This document shows, in pieces, positions 55,852 to 64,000 of a DNA stretch of 64,000 nt; position 1 is the stretch's first letter; the number at the start of each line of letters is the position of its first letter. The stretch is taken from assembly GCA_036253055.1 (NCBI GenBank), contig GCA_036253055.1_4124.1; one strand, 5' to 3'. The translations under genes were made by a program, and so were the position numbers. This DNA comes from a phage. The notes below the pieces were generated by a model. That model did not search any database and was not told where the DNA came from. It worked only from the letters and a program-made list of their open reading frames with translations.

Positions 55852-56073
55852 TCAATTAATAATTTCACATTTAACGTGTGGTTTATATAACATAATTAAC
55901 CCATTTTTAAGTACAATGATTGTTCCTCGGTCAGTAATAGAAACGTTTTTAATTATACTTTTTTTATATGTTTCAACATATTTCTCTTCGTAATTTATAC
56001 ATTTAACATATTCTTTTTGTTTAGCACTTACAACAGTACTGAATAATATCAGTACAAGTACTATATATTTCAT
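55852..56073 (-). CDS. small secreted protein (signal peptide)
   Basis: N-terminus MKYIVLVLILFSTVVSA. Confidence 0.5.
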   Translation of the reverse strand: MKYIVLVLILFSTVVSAKQKEYVKCINYEEKYVETYKKSIIKNVSITDRGTIIVLKNGLIMLYKPHVKCEIIN

Positions 56074-56125
56074 TACTATACCTTATAAACAAAAAGGAAT
56101 TCATTTAAGAATTCCTATTTTACAA

Positions 56126-56419
56126 TCATTTATCTAACATACCATTGTGTAAACGTTCATATACTTCAGTTCGACGCAAATTCACAATATCTTCTGCGTA
56201 TTTTAATGTAAATGCCCATGCTTTTGGATGTACGTTAAGCTTCATACGAATTCGATTTTTCATCAACTCTCCACTTAAACGAATAAATTCGTGTACACCA
56301 CGACTACCGTATTCAGTAATTAAATCATTAATGTACATATCACGAAGAGTTTCATCTGCACATTCTTTAACCATTTCTACGTCAGCGACGATGCTTTCAT
56401 TAACTGAAGTACTGATCAT
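56126..56419 (-). CDS. hypothetical protein
   Basis: 97 aa; SD AAGGT. Confidence 0.5.
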   Translation of the reverse strand: MISTSVNESIVADVEMVKECADETLRDMYINDLITEYGSRGVHEFIRLSGELMKNRIRMKLNVHPKAWAFTLKYAEDIVNLRRTEVYERLHNGMLDK

Positions 56420-56430
56420 TTTAATTTACC

Positions 56431-56697
56431 TTATTTAAATTCGACTGTAATTTTATCACCTTCAACTACGAACTTACAGTTGTAGCGACGTGCCATATCC
56501 ATGTACATATGCTCAGAGTACCAGGGAACATCAATAATCGGATGCTCTGCGTATTGTAGAACTTCACGGTCGCCAACTGTAGTGATGACGAAAGAAATGT
56601 TCATCTCTCGTAAAAACAGTTCAGCACCAGGAGAACGATTAATAAATTCAGTATCATTACGTAAAGTAAATCCATTATATTGTAATTTAAGCTTCAT
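56431..56697 (-). CDS. hypothetical protein
   Basis: 88 aa; SD GAGGA. Confidence 0.5.
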   Translation of the reverse strand: MKLKLQYNGFTLRNDTEFINRSPGAELFLREMNISFVITTVGDREVLQYAEHPIIDVPWYSEHMYMDMARRYNCKFVVEGDKITVEFK

Positions 56698-56711
56698 ATG
56701 TTATCCTCTAT

Positions 56712-57056
56712 TCAATACCATTCTTTAAAACCATTAAGTTCGGCTATGTGAGTAATTATAACACATATAACATTCAGGTCAAGTATAATTTGATCATAAT
56801 TTAATTTTATACGATCATCATTATATGCCCTAAAGACTACATCGTAATCAAAGAAATTTGCGTTTTCATCATTCATTGAAACGATTCGGTATCTACGTCT
56901 TCCATCTGTATTGAATATTGTTAAACACTGTTGAAACTTTCTCATTAACTGTTTAGATAGGATATTATAATATTCAATATCTTTTTGTGAATTACGTGGG
57001 TCATCAGGAAGATAGAATGAAACAAATTTCTTTAATTCTATTTGAGTTTTATCCAT
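56712..57056 (-). CDS. hypothetical protein
   Basis: 114 aa; SD GAGGT. Confidence 0.5.
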   Translation of the reverse strand: MDKTQIELKKFVSFYLPDDPRNSQKDIEYYNILSKQLMRKFQQCLTIFNTDGRRRYRIVSMNDENANFFDYDVVFRAYNDDRIKLNYDQIILDLNVICVIITHIAELNGFKEWY

Positions 57057-57489
57057 ATATTACCTCATGTGTTTCTCTTTTACTTTGTCGGAACTCATCC
57101 TTTGCTTCCTTAACTGACATGATACGAACTAATTTAGCACTACCGCAATAGTACTGAACCTGATTACGACCAATGTCTACATGGTGGTCTGGAACTTCAT
57201 ATACAGATATAGCAAACCCAGCACGATGCAATTTACCTAAGTCCATAGTGAAGAATCTGAACAAATCTTTCAAACTTTGACAGCCAAATACCCATCCACT
57301 TTTGATTGAATAGATCCCATCCTCAGTTGGTTCAGGTTGGAATTGAGAAGGTGTAGTCATGAGCAAACGGTCAAATCCATTTTTAGTACTGTATCTGGTT
57401 GAATACCGTGCAAACGGACCTACAGTTCGTGCAGGATCTAAGTTAGGTTCAATGTAACTAAATTTAAGTTCAAAACGATATACATACAT
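57049..57489 (-). CDS. hypothetical protein
   Basis: 146 aa; SD AGAGGA. Confidence 0.5.
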   Translation of the reverse strand: MYVYRFELKFSYIEPNLDPARTVGPFARYSTRYSTKNGFDRLLMTTPSQFQPEPTEDGIYSIKSGWVFGCQSLKDLFRFFTMDLGKLHRAGFAISVYEVPDHHVDIGRNQVQYYCGSAKLVRIMSVKEAKDEFRQSKRETHEVIYG

Positions 57490-57543
57490 AATTAAAATCC
57501 TCTAATTTATTAAGAGAATTATAACAAAAAAGGCTGACCGAAG

Positions 57544-57735
57544 TCAACCTTTGTTTTGAAGTTCTTGAACTAATTGTCGTACTTCGTTAATATTTTTACA
57601 CTGCTTTACAGTGAAGTAATCATACTTACGACCATAGGTTCTTGGGTCATCACCTTCCATATACTGCTGCACATCAAAGATTTGTAAGTAGGGATGCTGC
57701 ATAACACGAATATTATCACCTTGATAAATCAACAT
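57544..57735 (-). CDS. small hypothetical protein
   Basis: Start moved to ATG 57733-57735 (SD AAGGA). Confidence 0.4.
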   Translation of the reverse strand: MLIYQGDNIRVMQHPYLQIFDVQQYMEGDDPRTYGRKYDYFTVKQCKNINEVRQLVQELQNKG

Positions 57736-57739
57736 AATA

Positions 57740-58090
57740 TCAATCCTTATATTTACACAAGCCACCAAAACTAGTTTCTTTAGCACCACGACGCATCATA
57801 ACTAATTTAGCATATTGTGTACCATTACTATCTTCATATACATCTACTTCAATAAACGCTAAGAAGTTAGGGTCTGTGTCGTTAGAAAACTCAGTGAAGC
57901 TAATGTCGCCTACTGTATGCTCTTTAACAAACGTATATGATTGTCCATCAATATATACAATATCTCTATCGTCACTATCACCTTGATAGATATGTTTAAT
58001 ATTACCATCTGTACAAACTAAACCTTCCAATGGTTCAGCATATGACAATCCACACATTAACATACATACAAAAAATAAAATAATTTTCAT
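57740..58090 (-). CDS. secreted protein (signal peptide)
   Basis: N-terminus MKIILFFVCMLMCGLSYA; SD GGAGGAAA. Confidence 0.55.
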   Translation of the reverse strand: MKIILFFVCMLMCGLSYAEPLEGLVCTDGNIKHIYQGDSDDRDIVYIDGQSYTFVKEHTVGDISFTEFSNDTDPNFLAFIEVDVYEDSNGTQYAKLVMMRRGAKETSFGGLCKYKD

Positions 58091-58092
58091 GA

Positions 58093-58470
58093 TTATTTTC
58101 CTCCAACGTTAAGTGATTTCTTGTACTGATATTCTTTATAAGTACTATACCATATATCACCAACGTAAATCAAGTACCACGTAGCAGGATAAAGAGCCAA
58201 TCCAGTACTGATATATACGAACTTTTGGTCAAGGACATCAAATACATACAGAAGGAAAGTTACTCCCATAATGCAAGAACAAATTAACCACAAGTTATAA
58301 GCAATCGAATCGCAAGCAAAAATAGAATCAAGCTTAGAAATTAGGACATATTTGTTTGTTAAAATGAAATGAATTACTGCAACTAAACAATATCCTGCCA
58401 TAAAAATAGAAATTAAAAAAGACAGAATAATTGGAATATTCAACAACAAAAGTAAAATAGTGTTTACCAT
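58093..58470 (-). CDS. multi-pass membrane protein
   Basis: 125 aa hydrophobic. Confidence 0.45.
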   Translation of the reverse strand: MVNTILLLLLNIPIILSFLISIFMAGYCLVAVIHFILTNKYVLISKLDSIFACDSIAYNLWLICSCIMGVTFLLYVFDVLDQKFVYISTGLALYPATWYLIYVGDIWYSTYKEYQYKKSLNVGGK

Positions 58471-58481
58471 TTTTTTAAGTC

Positions 58482-58841
58482 CTATATTTCACAGTGTAAG
58501 TTCAATTTATCTATATCTAGGTCACGGCGTACCGATGAGTCCAAGTAAATTACTATATAGATATCACCATTACCAGTTCTTGGGTCTACAATTAATATTA
58601 CGTTTGCTAATGTACCAGAATCATCTCTATAAGTCGAGATTTTTTTATTACCGATAATACTTTCTACTTTAAAACGATAAATCACACCATCAACAACTAT
58701 ATTTTTACCATTTCTAGGGTCGTTAGTCAATACATGCCACGTTCCCTTAGTACTACGACAATATGTTTCTGCTGCTGCACCATAACTAAAACATGAAAAT
58801 AATGCACACACAAGTGCTATTAATTTTATATAACTCTTCAT
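58482..58841 (-). CDS. secreted protein (signal peptide)
   Basis: N-terminus MKSYIKLIALVCALFSCFSYGAAA. Confidence 0.5.
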   Translation of the reverse strand: MKSYIKLIALVCALFSCFSYGAAAETYCRSTKGTWHVLTNDPRNGKNIVVDGVIYRFKVESIIGNKKISTYRDDSGTLANVILIVDPRTGNGDIYIVIYLDSSVRRDLDIDKLNLHCEI

Positions 58842-58919
58842 AACAAACCTCTAACGAGAAATACTTCTGTACTATATATATGTACAGAAGTATTTAATAC
58901 TATAGAGATATTTTCACTG

Positions 58920-59246
58920 TTACATCTTATTCGTGAACTTGAATTTGATAATATCAATCCAAATTTTAACATTTCCTGCAAATAGTGCTTTGATTAGCCA
59001 CATAATTGCAACAAAGTTCTCAACTAAATCCAAAGTTTTAACTACTGCACCGAGTGGGAAGATAAAACTCAAAACCCATACAATTACTGAAACCACAACG
59101 ACTGTATAGAAAATACGCACAATCGGTGAATCAAGCATAAACAACTCAGAGAACTCTTTTTTATCATTATCATCAGTAATAAAGCATTCGTAAACCAGAA
59201 GCCAAATCAGAATTAAAGACGGAATTGAAATTAGTACTGATAGCAT
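58920..59246 (-). CDS. membrane protein
   Basis: 108 aa; SD GAGGT; early-type promoter at about 59270-59310. Confidence 0.5.
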   Translation of the reverse strand: MLSVLISIPSLILIWLLVYECFITDDNDKKEFSELFMLDSPIVRIFYTVVVVSVIVWVLSFIFPLGAVVKTLDLVENFVAIMWLIKALFAGNVKIWIDIIKFKFTNKM

Positions 59247-59303
59247 ATTTTTTACCTCAAGTTTAAGTGTTAAGTTTCAGACTACAGGAACCATTATACA
59301 GTA

Positions 59304-59546
59304 CTACGAACGTTTGTCAACATTTGTTTCTTCAATAAGCATAAGATAACTTAACACGAAGAGTAATACCGAAATAATATCAATAACTGTAAAGCTCACT
59401 GGAATGATAATAGACACCAGTACTAATGCCACGTTTAGCAAGAATACAGTAGTGAGATCTACCATCGTTCGTCTAGTGGCTAATGCCACTAGTGTAGGAT
59501 AGAACATAAACAATAGTGCAACAACAAAACTTAGTACTAGATACAT
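59304..59546 (-). CDS. membrane protein
   Basis: 80 aa hydrophobic; SD AAGGTGA. Confidence 0.5.
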   Translation of the reverse strand: MYLVLSFVVALLFMFYPTLVALATRRTMVDLTTVFLLNVALVLVSIIIPVSFTVIDIISVLLFVLSYLMLIEETNVDKRS

Positions 59547-60199
59547 TTCTTTTTCACCTTAATAAAATTATAACACAAAACCACATCAACATCTGGTTCA
59601 TCATACAAGTACTCAAAACGTTCTTTACTTCGTTTAGTACCGATATACTCACCATTCTTATGCCAACGCCATCCACCATCCTTTGGTTGTTCAGACTTAA
59701 GTACTGGGTGATAGCACAGGACAATTTCTTCTGGACCTTCAATTAGGTTCTTGTACTTATTCATAATCTGTTCAAGCGTATCTGCTACACCATAAGATGG
59801 ATGCATAAGATAAGACTCAGGACGTGGACGTCCACTTGGTAGAATATCATCAGTACTATTAAAGATAGCACGGAAGTCTTCAGATGTGTATAGACTTCCA
59901 TCTTCATGGATCATTGGGTATTCATCCACTACATCGTAATCAGTGAAGTGTTCAATTGCATGTCCAGGTCGATAACCTGCAAGGATACCTGCATGTTTAG
60001 TCTGGACAATAGTCATAACAGATGTATTGTTGTTTACAGTTGGATCATGAATTTCAGCCCAGAACGGATGATTTGGGTCAAAAGTTGCATTTACCAATGT
60101 ACACTCACCAATGTAATCAAACATAGTTTCCTTGAAGTTTAAAGAAACCCCACGTAATGCCCAGTCAGGTGAAGTGATGAAATTAAGATTAACTAACAT
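59537..60199 (-). CDS. hypothetical protein
   Basis: Start moved to ATG 60197-60199 (SD GAGGA); track start was TTG. Confidence 0.45.
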   Translation of the reverse strand: MLVNLNFITSPDWALRGVSLNFKETMFDYIGECTLVNATFDPNHPFWAEIHDPTVNNNTSVMTIVQTKHAGILAGYRPGHAIEHFTDYDVVDEYPMIHEDGSLYTSEDFRAIFNSTDDILPSGRPRPESYLMHPSYGVADTLEQIMNKYKNLIEGPEEIVLCYHPVLKSEQPKDGGWRWHKNGEYIGTKRSKERFEYLYDEPDVDVVLCYNFIKVKKKCI

Positions 60200-60230
60200 A
60201 AGTATCCTCAGATGCAATTTTTTGATGTGG

Positions 60231-60446
60231 TTATTGTATCAAAGATGTATCTATTTGTACAACATTTATTGTAACTATTTCGTACATATAGTCAGGTGCA
60301 TTGAACTCAGCATACCACTCAATGATCTCACAGGCAGCATCAACTTGGTTGTTCGCATTAACACGTCTTGCATAGGTACTAGACATTTTATATCTACCAT
60401 TTACATACACGTTATATACACCATGACACCACCACATCTTAGTCAT
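60231..60446 (-). CDS. hypothetical protein
   Basis: 71 aa; start uncertain. Confidence 0.4.
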   Translation of the reverse strand: MTKMWWCHGVYNVYVNGRYKMSSTYARRVNANNQVDAACEIIEWYAEFNAPDYMYEIVTINVVQIDTSLIQ

Positions 60447-60657
60447 TTATGCTAGGCCATACTTTGTATTGTAAGTTCTGGTATTGAAATTTACCAATTT
60501 CATTTTTCTTACGGAATGATTCATCTACTTGAATTTCCGCATCGTACTGACCATCAGCCTGTACAACGTACTTAAATTCTTCTACGTGTGAAAAACGTTG
60601 ACCTTCACCTTCTGGTTTATAGACTTGTACTAAACCTTCAACTAGATATAAATTCAT
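60439..60657 (-). CDS. hypothetical protein
   Basis: 72 aa. Confidence 0.45.
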   Translation of the reverse strand: MNLYLVEGLVQVYKPEGEGQRFSHVEEFKYVVQADGQYDAEIQVDESFRKKNEIGKFQYQNLQYKVWPSIND

Positions 60658-60660
60658 TTA

Positions 60661-60882
60661 TCATTCCTCATCACTTTCAGTTAGCATAATGCTATGTACA
60701 GTTTCCACATAGCGGTGTGTTTTGGGTGTGTTATACTTTGTAATTTCATCAAACAATTTAAACAGTGCATCTACTTCACTAAGAGCACGAATGAATACAT
60801 CCATCTTGGTGACTACTCTGGAAAACCCGCGTATGTTATTAAATTCAGAGACGTGTTCATACACAACATAGTATCTATTCAT
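60661..60882 (-). CDS. hypothetical protein
   Basis: 73 aa. Confidence 0.45.
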   Translation of the reverse strand: MNRYYVVYEHVSEFNNIRGFSRVVTKMDVFIRALSEVDALFKLFDEITKYNTPKTHRYVETVHSIMLTESDEE

Positions 60883-61397
60883 ATATTAAAAAGTTCCATG
60901 AATTCATTGAATAAAGAAGTTCTAATGCACATAACAAATTCAAAGTCAACATCGATGGTGTCAAGTAGTTTGAACAACTTTGGTACTAATGGATCATTCA
61001 CCTCAAAGTTATGAATCAAACTTTGTTGAAACACATTTTCTTCAGTACTATAATCAATAACAAAATATTCAGCAATACCAGGTGGTGTGTAAACATCATA
61101 TAAAATATGGCGGTGATGATTTGTTTTAGAACTAGGGGAATATATAAGTTCTATTTCATAAGATTTATCAGCACTGCGTGCGTAACAAACAATATCAGTA
61201 CTTGTTATTTCTGAACCATCACTTCTCTCTGAAAAACAAACATCAGCATAGCGTTTTCCAGAGAGATTCAAAAGATCATGAGTTGTTTTACCATAACAGA
61301 AATCAGTTTCAATGCGTATCACATCTTGATATTCAATTGGTCTTGTATCGCGGCGTTCACGATTAAACACTAATTTCAACAACTCATTAATATCCAT
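60879..61397 (-). CDS. hypothetical protein
   Basis: 172 aa; TAATG coupling with upstream gene. Confidence 0.5.
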   Translation of the reverse strand: MDINELLKLVFNRERRDTRPIEYQDVIRIETDFCYGKTTHDLLNLSGKRYADVCFSERSDGSEITSTDIVCYARSADKSYEIELIYSPSSKTNHHRHILYDVYTPPGIAEYFVIDYSTEENVFQQSLIHNFEVNDPLVPKLFKLLDTIDVDFEFVMCIRTSLFNEFMELFNI

Positions 61398-61597
61398 TAC
61401 TTAGTCTCAATAACCTTTAGATTTACAAAGTCACCTTTAACCTTCATACATTTGTATTCAGTGCGAGTTTCATCACCAGCATCACGAGGCCAATGAGTTG
61501 CAGAGTAACACTGATCAGGTGTTTTATATACACCTTCACCAACGGTGCGAGTGATTTCACCATTAGTTAGTACTACTGCAAGATATAAAGTAAACAT
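61397..61597 (-). CDS. hypothetical protein
   Basis: 66 aa; SD TAAGGA. Confidence 0.5.
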   Translation of the reverse strand: MFTLYLAVVLTNGEITRTVGEGVYKTPDQCYSATHWPRDAGDETRTEYKCMKVKGDFVNLKVIETK

Positions 61598-61605
61598 ATT
61601 AGTCC

Positions 61606-61752
61606 TTAGAATAATTTATTAATAATAATAGCACCCAAACCAAGTACTGCAATAATTGCAGATACCCACATTACCGCGTTCACTGCACCTGTGAGTTCTT
61701 TATCAAACTCTCGGCACTTCTTGCGGTAATCTTCCCACTCTTTGTTATTCAC
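61606..61752 (-). CDS. small protein with C-terminal TM helix (48 aa), GTG start
   Basis: Not in track; SD AGGAG 7 nt upstream of GTG 61750-61752, which overlaps the upstream TGA (GTGA coupling). Confidence 0.35.
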   Translation of the reverse strand: MNNKEWEDYRKKCREFDKELTGAVNAVMWVSAIIAVLGLGAIIINKLF

Positions 61753-61964
61753 ACTACCACTCCTAATAGGTCGGTAGCTTTCTTGAGAACTACATCAATC
61801 GTTTCCAGTACTGCACCTTTGTGTTCAATTGATACAATATTATTATAAGTATCAAGGTCCAAGTACTCCATATATTCTGTTTTGAATACACGAACTTCAG
61901 TACTGGTGATTTTAATATCACAACCTTTATCCCAAATAACCTGCATCATTTCATTGGTAGTCAT
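61749..61964 (-). CDS. hypothetical protein
   Basis: 71 aa; SD AAGGT. Confidence 0.5.
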   Translation of the reverse strand: MTTNEMMQVIWDKGCDIKITSTEVRVFKTEYMEYLDLDTYNNIVSIEHKGAVLETIDVVLKKATDLLGVVV

Positions 61965-62239
61965 TATTCAACCTTATCATAAACAAGTTTGTGTGTGCTT
62001 AGTACTTTGTTGTGATGTCCAGGGCATTCATATACATACAATCGCTCCTGACGTTTTTCCCAACCACCACAGATACGACCTGATTGTGTACATATTTCAT
62101 ACTCGTTAATAAAAGACTTGCCTGTGAATGTACAATCCTGACGAACTAAGTCTTTTGCACTAAACCTGCCGTCATCATTACATGCTGTAAGAAACATTGT
62201 ACAGAATACAAAGACAACTGTCAATAGTTTTTTAATCAT
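61964..62239 (-). CDS. putative lipoprotein
   Basis: N-terminus MIKKLLTVVFVFCTMFLTAC with lipobox-like LTAC. Confidence 0.5.
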   Translation of the reverse strand: MIKKLLTVVFVFCTMFLTACNDDGRFSAKDLVRQDCTFTGKSFINEYEICTQSGRICGGWEKRQERLYVYECPGHHNKVLSTHKLVYDKVE

Positions 62240-62604
62240 TGAATATCACCCCAACGGAAACCTTTCATATAATTCAAATTCACCTCAACTAGTTCATGTG
62301 TTTTTGTACACCAAATGGAGAGAGTTTTTGTAACATCACCAGGTTCAGATTCATAATTCACACAATAACCTTCAATGCGTAGAGTTTTGTTAGTCCAATG
62401 TTCCCACTCAATCCAAATTTCATTTGGATAATAAACCATATCTTCTTTGAACGTATGGAATTGATCCATTGGTAAATGACCTTTAACTTCAATTACTTCA
62501 GCACTTCGAGCCAGTTTTTCAAGCTTGTACTTTATTTCAGCAAGATATTCTTCATCATTCAGACGAGTGAATAAATCTGTTGCACGGGTTGTATCAAGGC
62601 TCAT
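62236..62604 (-). CDS. hypothetical protein
   Basis: 122 aa; ATGA overlaps both sides. Confidence 0.5.
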   Translation of the reverse strand: MSLDTTRATDLFTRLNDEEYLAEIKYKLEKLARSAEVIEVKGHLPMDQFHTFKEDMVYYPNEIWIEWEHWTNKTLRIEGYCVNYESEPGDVTKTLSIWCTKTHELVEVNLNYMKGFRWGDIQ

Positions 62605-62852
62605 TGTTGTACTCCATTAATCACTGAAGTGTTGATTCGTGTTTTTCCGCTAGTGTATCCAGTACTGGTGTTTGCATTAGGACAATAAACTGTATACAAC
62701 GTTGCACCAGCACCTTCCTGTTGCATACGATAAATCTTACATCCTGCTTCTTTTAATTCAGTAGGGAGTTCAAAATCACTTGTGCGTTCTTTGGTTGAAG
62801 CATCACATGCAGTGAGTAAAAATGCGACGAGTACTGCTACAATGTATTTCAT
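62601..62852 (-). CDS. putative lipoprotein
   Basis: N-terminus MKYIVAVLVAFLLTAC (lipobox-like LLTAC); SD GGAGGT. Confidence 0.5.
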   Translation of the reverse strand: MKYIVAVLVAFLLTACDASTKERTSDFELPTELKEAGCKIYRMQQEGAGATLYTVYCPNANTSTGYTSGKTRINTSVINGVQQ

Positions 62853-63160
62853 TAACGAACCTCCACTTCTTGAGAAAGAGCATGAGTCAGTGCATTTGAG
62901 TTCGAACCATTCATTTCACGCTGACATACAAACATAATGGCATCTTGTACTGAACCTGCGATTTCATACTCACGACCTTCTGGATCAGTTACCAGATGTT
63001 CAACGATACAACCACCTCTCAGTACAGAAGCACCAGTACTTACACTAATTCTGTAACCTAAGAAATCAAACTGCATACATGCGTCAGTAGGTTTCATCCA
63101 ATAACCGCTGTTTTGATTCAAATCGATGATTACAAAACCTTGAGTGTTAGTTTGAAACAT
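62852..63160 (-). CDS. hypothetical protein
   Basis: 102 aa; SD GAGGAA; early-type promoter and hairpin at 63170-63290. Confidence 0.5.
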   Translation of the reverse strand: MFQTNTQGFVIIDLNQNSGYWMKPTDACMQFDFLGYRISVSTGASVLRGGCIVEHLVTDPEGREYEIAGSVQDAIMFVCQREMNGSNSNALTHALSQEVEVR

Positions 63161-63278
63161 AGTTAATTCCTCATTTAATTTAAAAGGGCGGGAACGCAGT
63201 GACGAGTACGATTATGCTGTCTTTCCTTTCACTGCATTCCCTTTGATATAAACATTATACTGCTATTATTCAGTACTG

Positions 63279-63557
63279 TTAATCGATATAAGTACCTTTT
63301 TTAACATCACAGACTTCTTCCATCCAATGTGGATTTTCGTTTTTATCAGTGAAGATTTGTTCTGCTTCTTCTTTTGTTTCAGCTAGGACAATACGATCCC
63401 CTTCATCCAAATCACGGATACGATACACTTTCAGTTCTTGTTTCTTCTCAAGGATATTACACAGTTCACGTGCTTTTTCTTCATCGCACTTCCCTTCATT
63501 AGCATAAAACCAAATTGCTTTTTTAATAAGGTCACGTTCTTCTTTAGAAAAAGACAT
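63279..63557 (-). CDS. hypothetical protein
   Basis: Start moved to ATG 63555-63557 (SD AGGAAA); promoter at about 63590-63640. Confidence 0.45.
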   Translation of the reverse strand: MSFSKEERDLIKKAIWFYANEGKCDEEKARELCNILEKKQELKVYRIRDLDEGDRIVLAETKEEAEQIFTDKNENPHWMEEVCDVKKGTYID

Positions 63558-63727
63558 AATATTTCCTATCATTTGTTAAAGTGGATTTCGTTTGATATAA
63601 ACATTATACAGTACTGATATCTTCTGTCAAGTATTAATCACCAAAAATCATCATATACCCAAAGCAAGCAACACAGATGACTAAAACTAACAATACCAAC
63701 GATAGCCTCTAACATCATTTTATATCC

Positions 63728-63928
63728 TTAATCGATAATTTTATATTCACGATGACCATAGAAGCCAGCTTCAAGGATGCGATTACCATCAGCATCTTCC
63801 AAGTCCCAACCACGGGATGTTTCGGCAATAATAGTCATGATGTGACCTCTTGGGAAAATTCCACTCAGAGTGGATACATCCTCAAGTAATTGAACTTTCT
63901 TTCCAACATTGGAATTCGGTTTAAACAT
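63728..63928 (-). CDS. hypothetical protein
   Basis: Start moved to ATG 63926-63928 (SD AAGGG); uncertain. Confidence 0.4.
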   Translation of the reverse strand: MFKPNSNVGKKVQLLEDVSTLSGIFPRGHIMTIIAETSRGWDLEDADGNRILEAGFYGHREYKIID

Positions 63929-64000
63929 TTTATGGCCCTTATTCATTGATCACATCAAGTACTTTGTCCAGCTTTTTACCAATACTTTCCTTTGGTTTCT

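Overview
This window reads as part of a large virulent bacteriophage genome (probably of a Gram-negative host; GC about 35-40%), not a bacterial chromosome. No rRNA, tRNA or CRISPR was found. Layout: (1) 1-20.1 kb: about 60 small minus-strand genes (40-200 aa), many as single-gene units behind a near-identical host sigma70-type promoter (TTGACA/TTGCAA, 16-17 nt spacer, TG-extended TATAAT) and a GC-rich palindromic 5'UTR hairpin plus SD; recognisable products include a protein kinase, a GNAT acetyltransferase, a TraR/DksA-type zinc finger and a possible H-NS-like protein. (2) 20.1-22.0 kb: a 1.9 kb ORF-free region with iteron-like direct repeats, palindromes and plus-strand promoter-like elements (candidate origin or regulatory hub). 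(3) 22.0-26.1 kb: a tandem array of about 18 paralogous 60-aa genes (minus strand). (4) 26.2-39.2 kb: a plus-strand array of 11 paralogous RCC1-like beta-propeller genes, each with the same N-terminal leader MLPFGRM(I/V)KYGNIAPG and the same upstream terminator-promoter-SD cassette; two members are frameshifted and one carries a glycine-rich body instead of RCC1 repeats. (5) 39.8-63.9 kb: minus-strand operons with two arrays of small multi-TM proteins, an AAA+ ATPase, a T4 DenV-like pyrimidine-dimer glycosylase, two more kinase-like proteins, and many secreted, lipoprotein and membrane proteins; promoters here often have the -35 box inside a UUCG-loop terminator hairpin. The strongest candidate for an undescribed system is the RCC1 leader-cassette array, followed by the 60-aa family and the multi-TM arrays. 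All functional calls come from motif recognition by eye; no database search was run. Starts were re-derived by hand where the ORF track began at a TTG/GTG or inside a promoter or hairpin.
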